A stretch of 64,000 bases of DNA from Octopus sinensis (lineage: Eukaryota), in contig NC_043007.1 in NCBI RefSeq assembly GCF_006345805.1, forward strand, positions 744,001 to 808,000. Direction: 5' to 3'. A program made the position numbers and the translations under genes. The stretch's first letter is position 1, and every line of letters starts with the position of its first letter. The notes under the pieces were generated by a model. It had not been told where the DNA came from and ran no database searches. It saw nothing but the letters and a program-made list of their open reading frames with translations. Positions 63,873 through 64,000 of the stretch are shown one piece after another.

Positions 63873-64000
63873 ATATGAGATGGTGTTGTGTTACATCCCC
63901 GTAACTTAGCGGTTTGGCAAAATATCCCGATAGAATAAGTACTAGGCTTCCAAAGAATGAGAATGTAATCTTCTCTGAGAAGATTACATTGTTTTACACC

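Overview
Eukaryotic, AT-rich, microsatellite-saturated genomic DNA with one 100-N scaffold gap (39924-40023). The SINE/LINE repertoire looks like that of a coleoid cephalopod, most likely Octopus; this is pattern recognition, not a database result. I found no confidently supportable host protein-coding gene, rRNA, tRNA or CRISPR array. Most ORFs in the track are translations of microsatellites or SINEs. The real content is a dense, nested set of transposons. The largest is a 5'-truncated, frameshifted RTE-clade LINE (17007-19935) with a C4HC3 PHD-type finger inserted in its reverse transcriptase. Its 3' UTR carries a variable-copy ~61-nt double-hairpin repeat, expanded to 15 units with a 245-bp higher-order period at 30030-30958, and about a dozen other 3' fragments of this LINE are scattered through the window. 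Also present are three or four tRNA-derived SINE families, fragments of R4/Dong-like, CR1-like, second RTE-like and Gypsy elements, piggyBac-like (TTAA), Tc1/mariner, Helitron and Helentron-like non-autonomous elements, several long inverted repeats (some with hammerhead-like Penelope motifs), and 17-, 40-, ~47- and 116-bp minisatellites. A speculative two-exon 36-aa micropeptide lies at 58843-61802 (minus strand). All alignments were done by eye, and boundaries of degraded elements are approximate.
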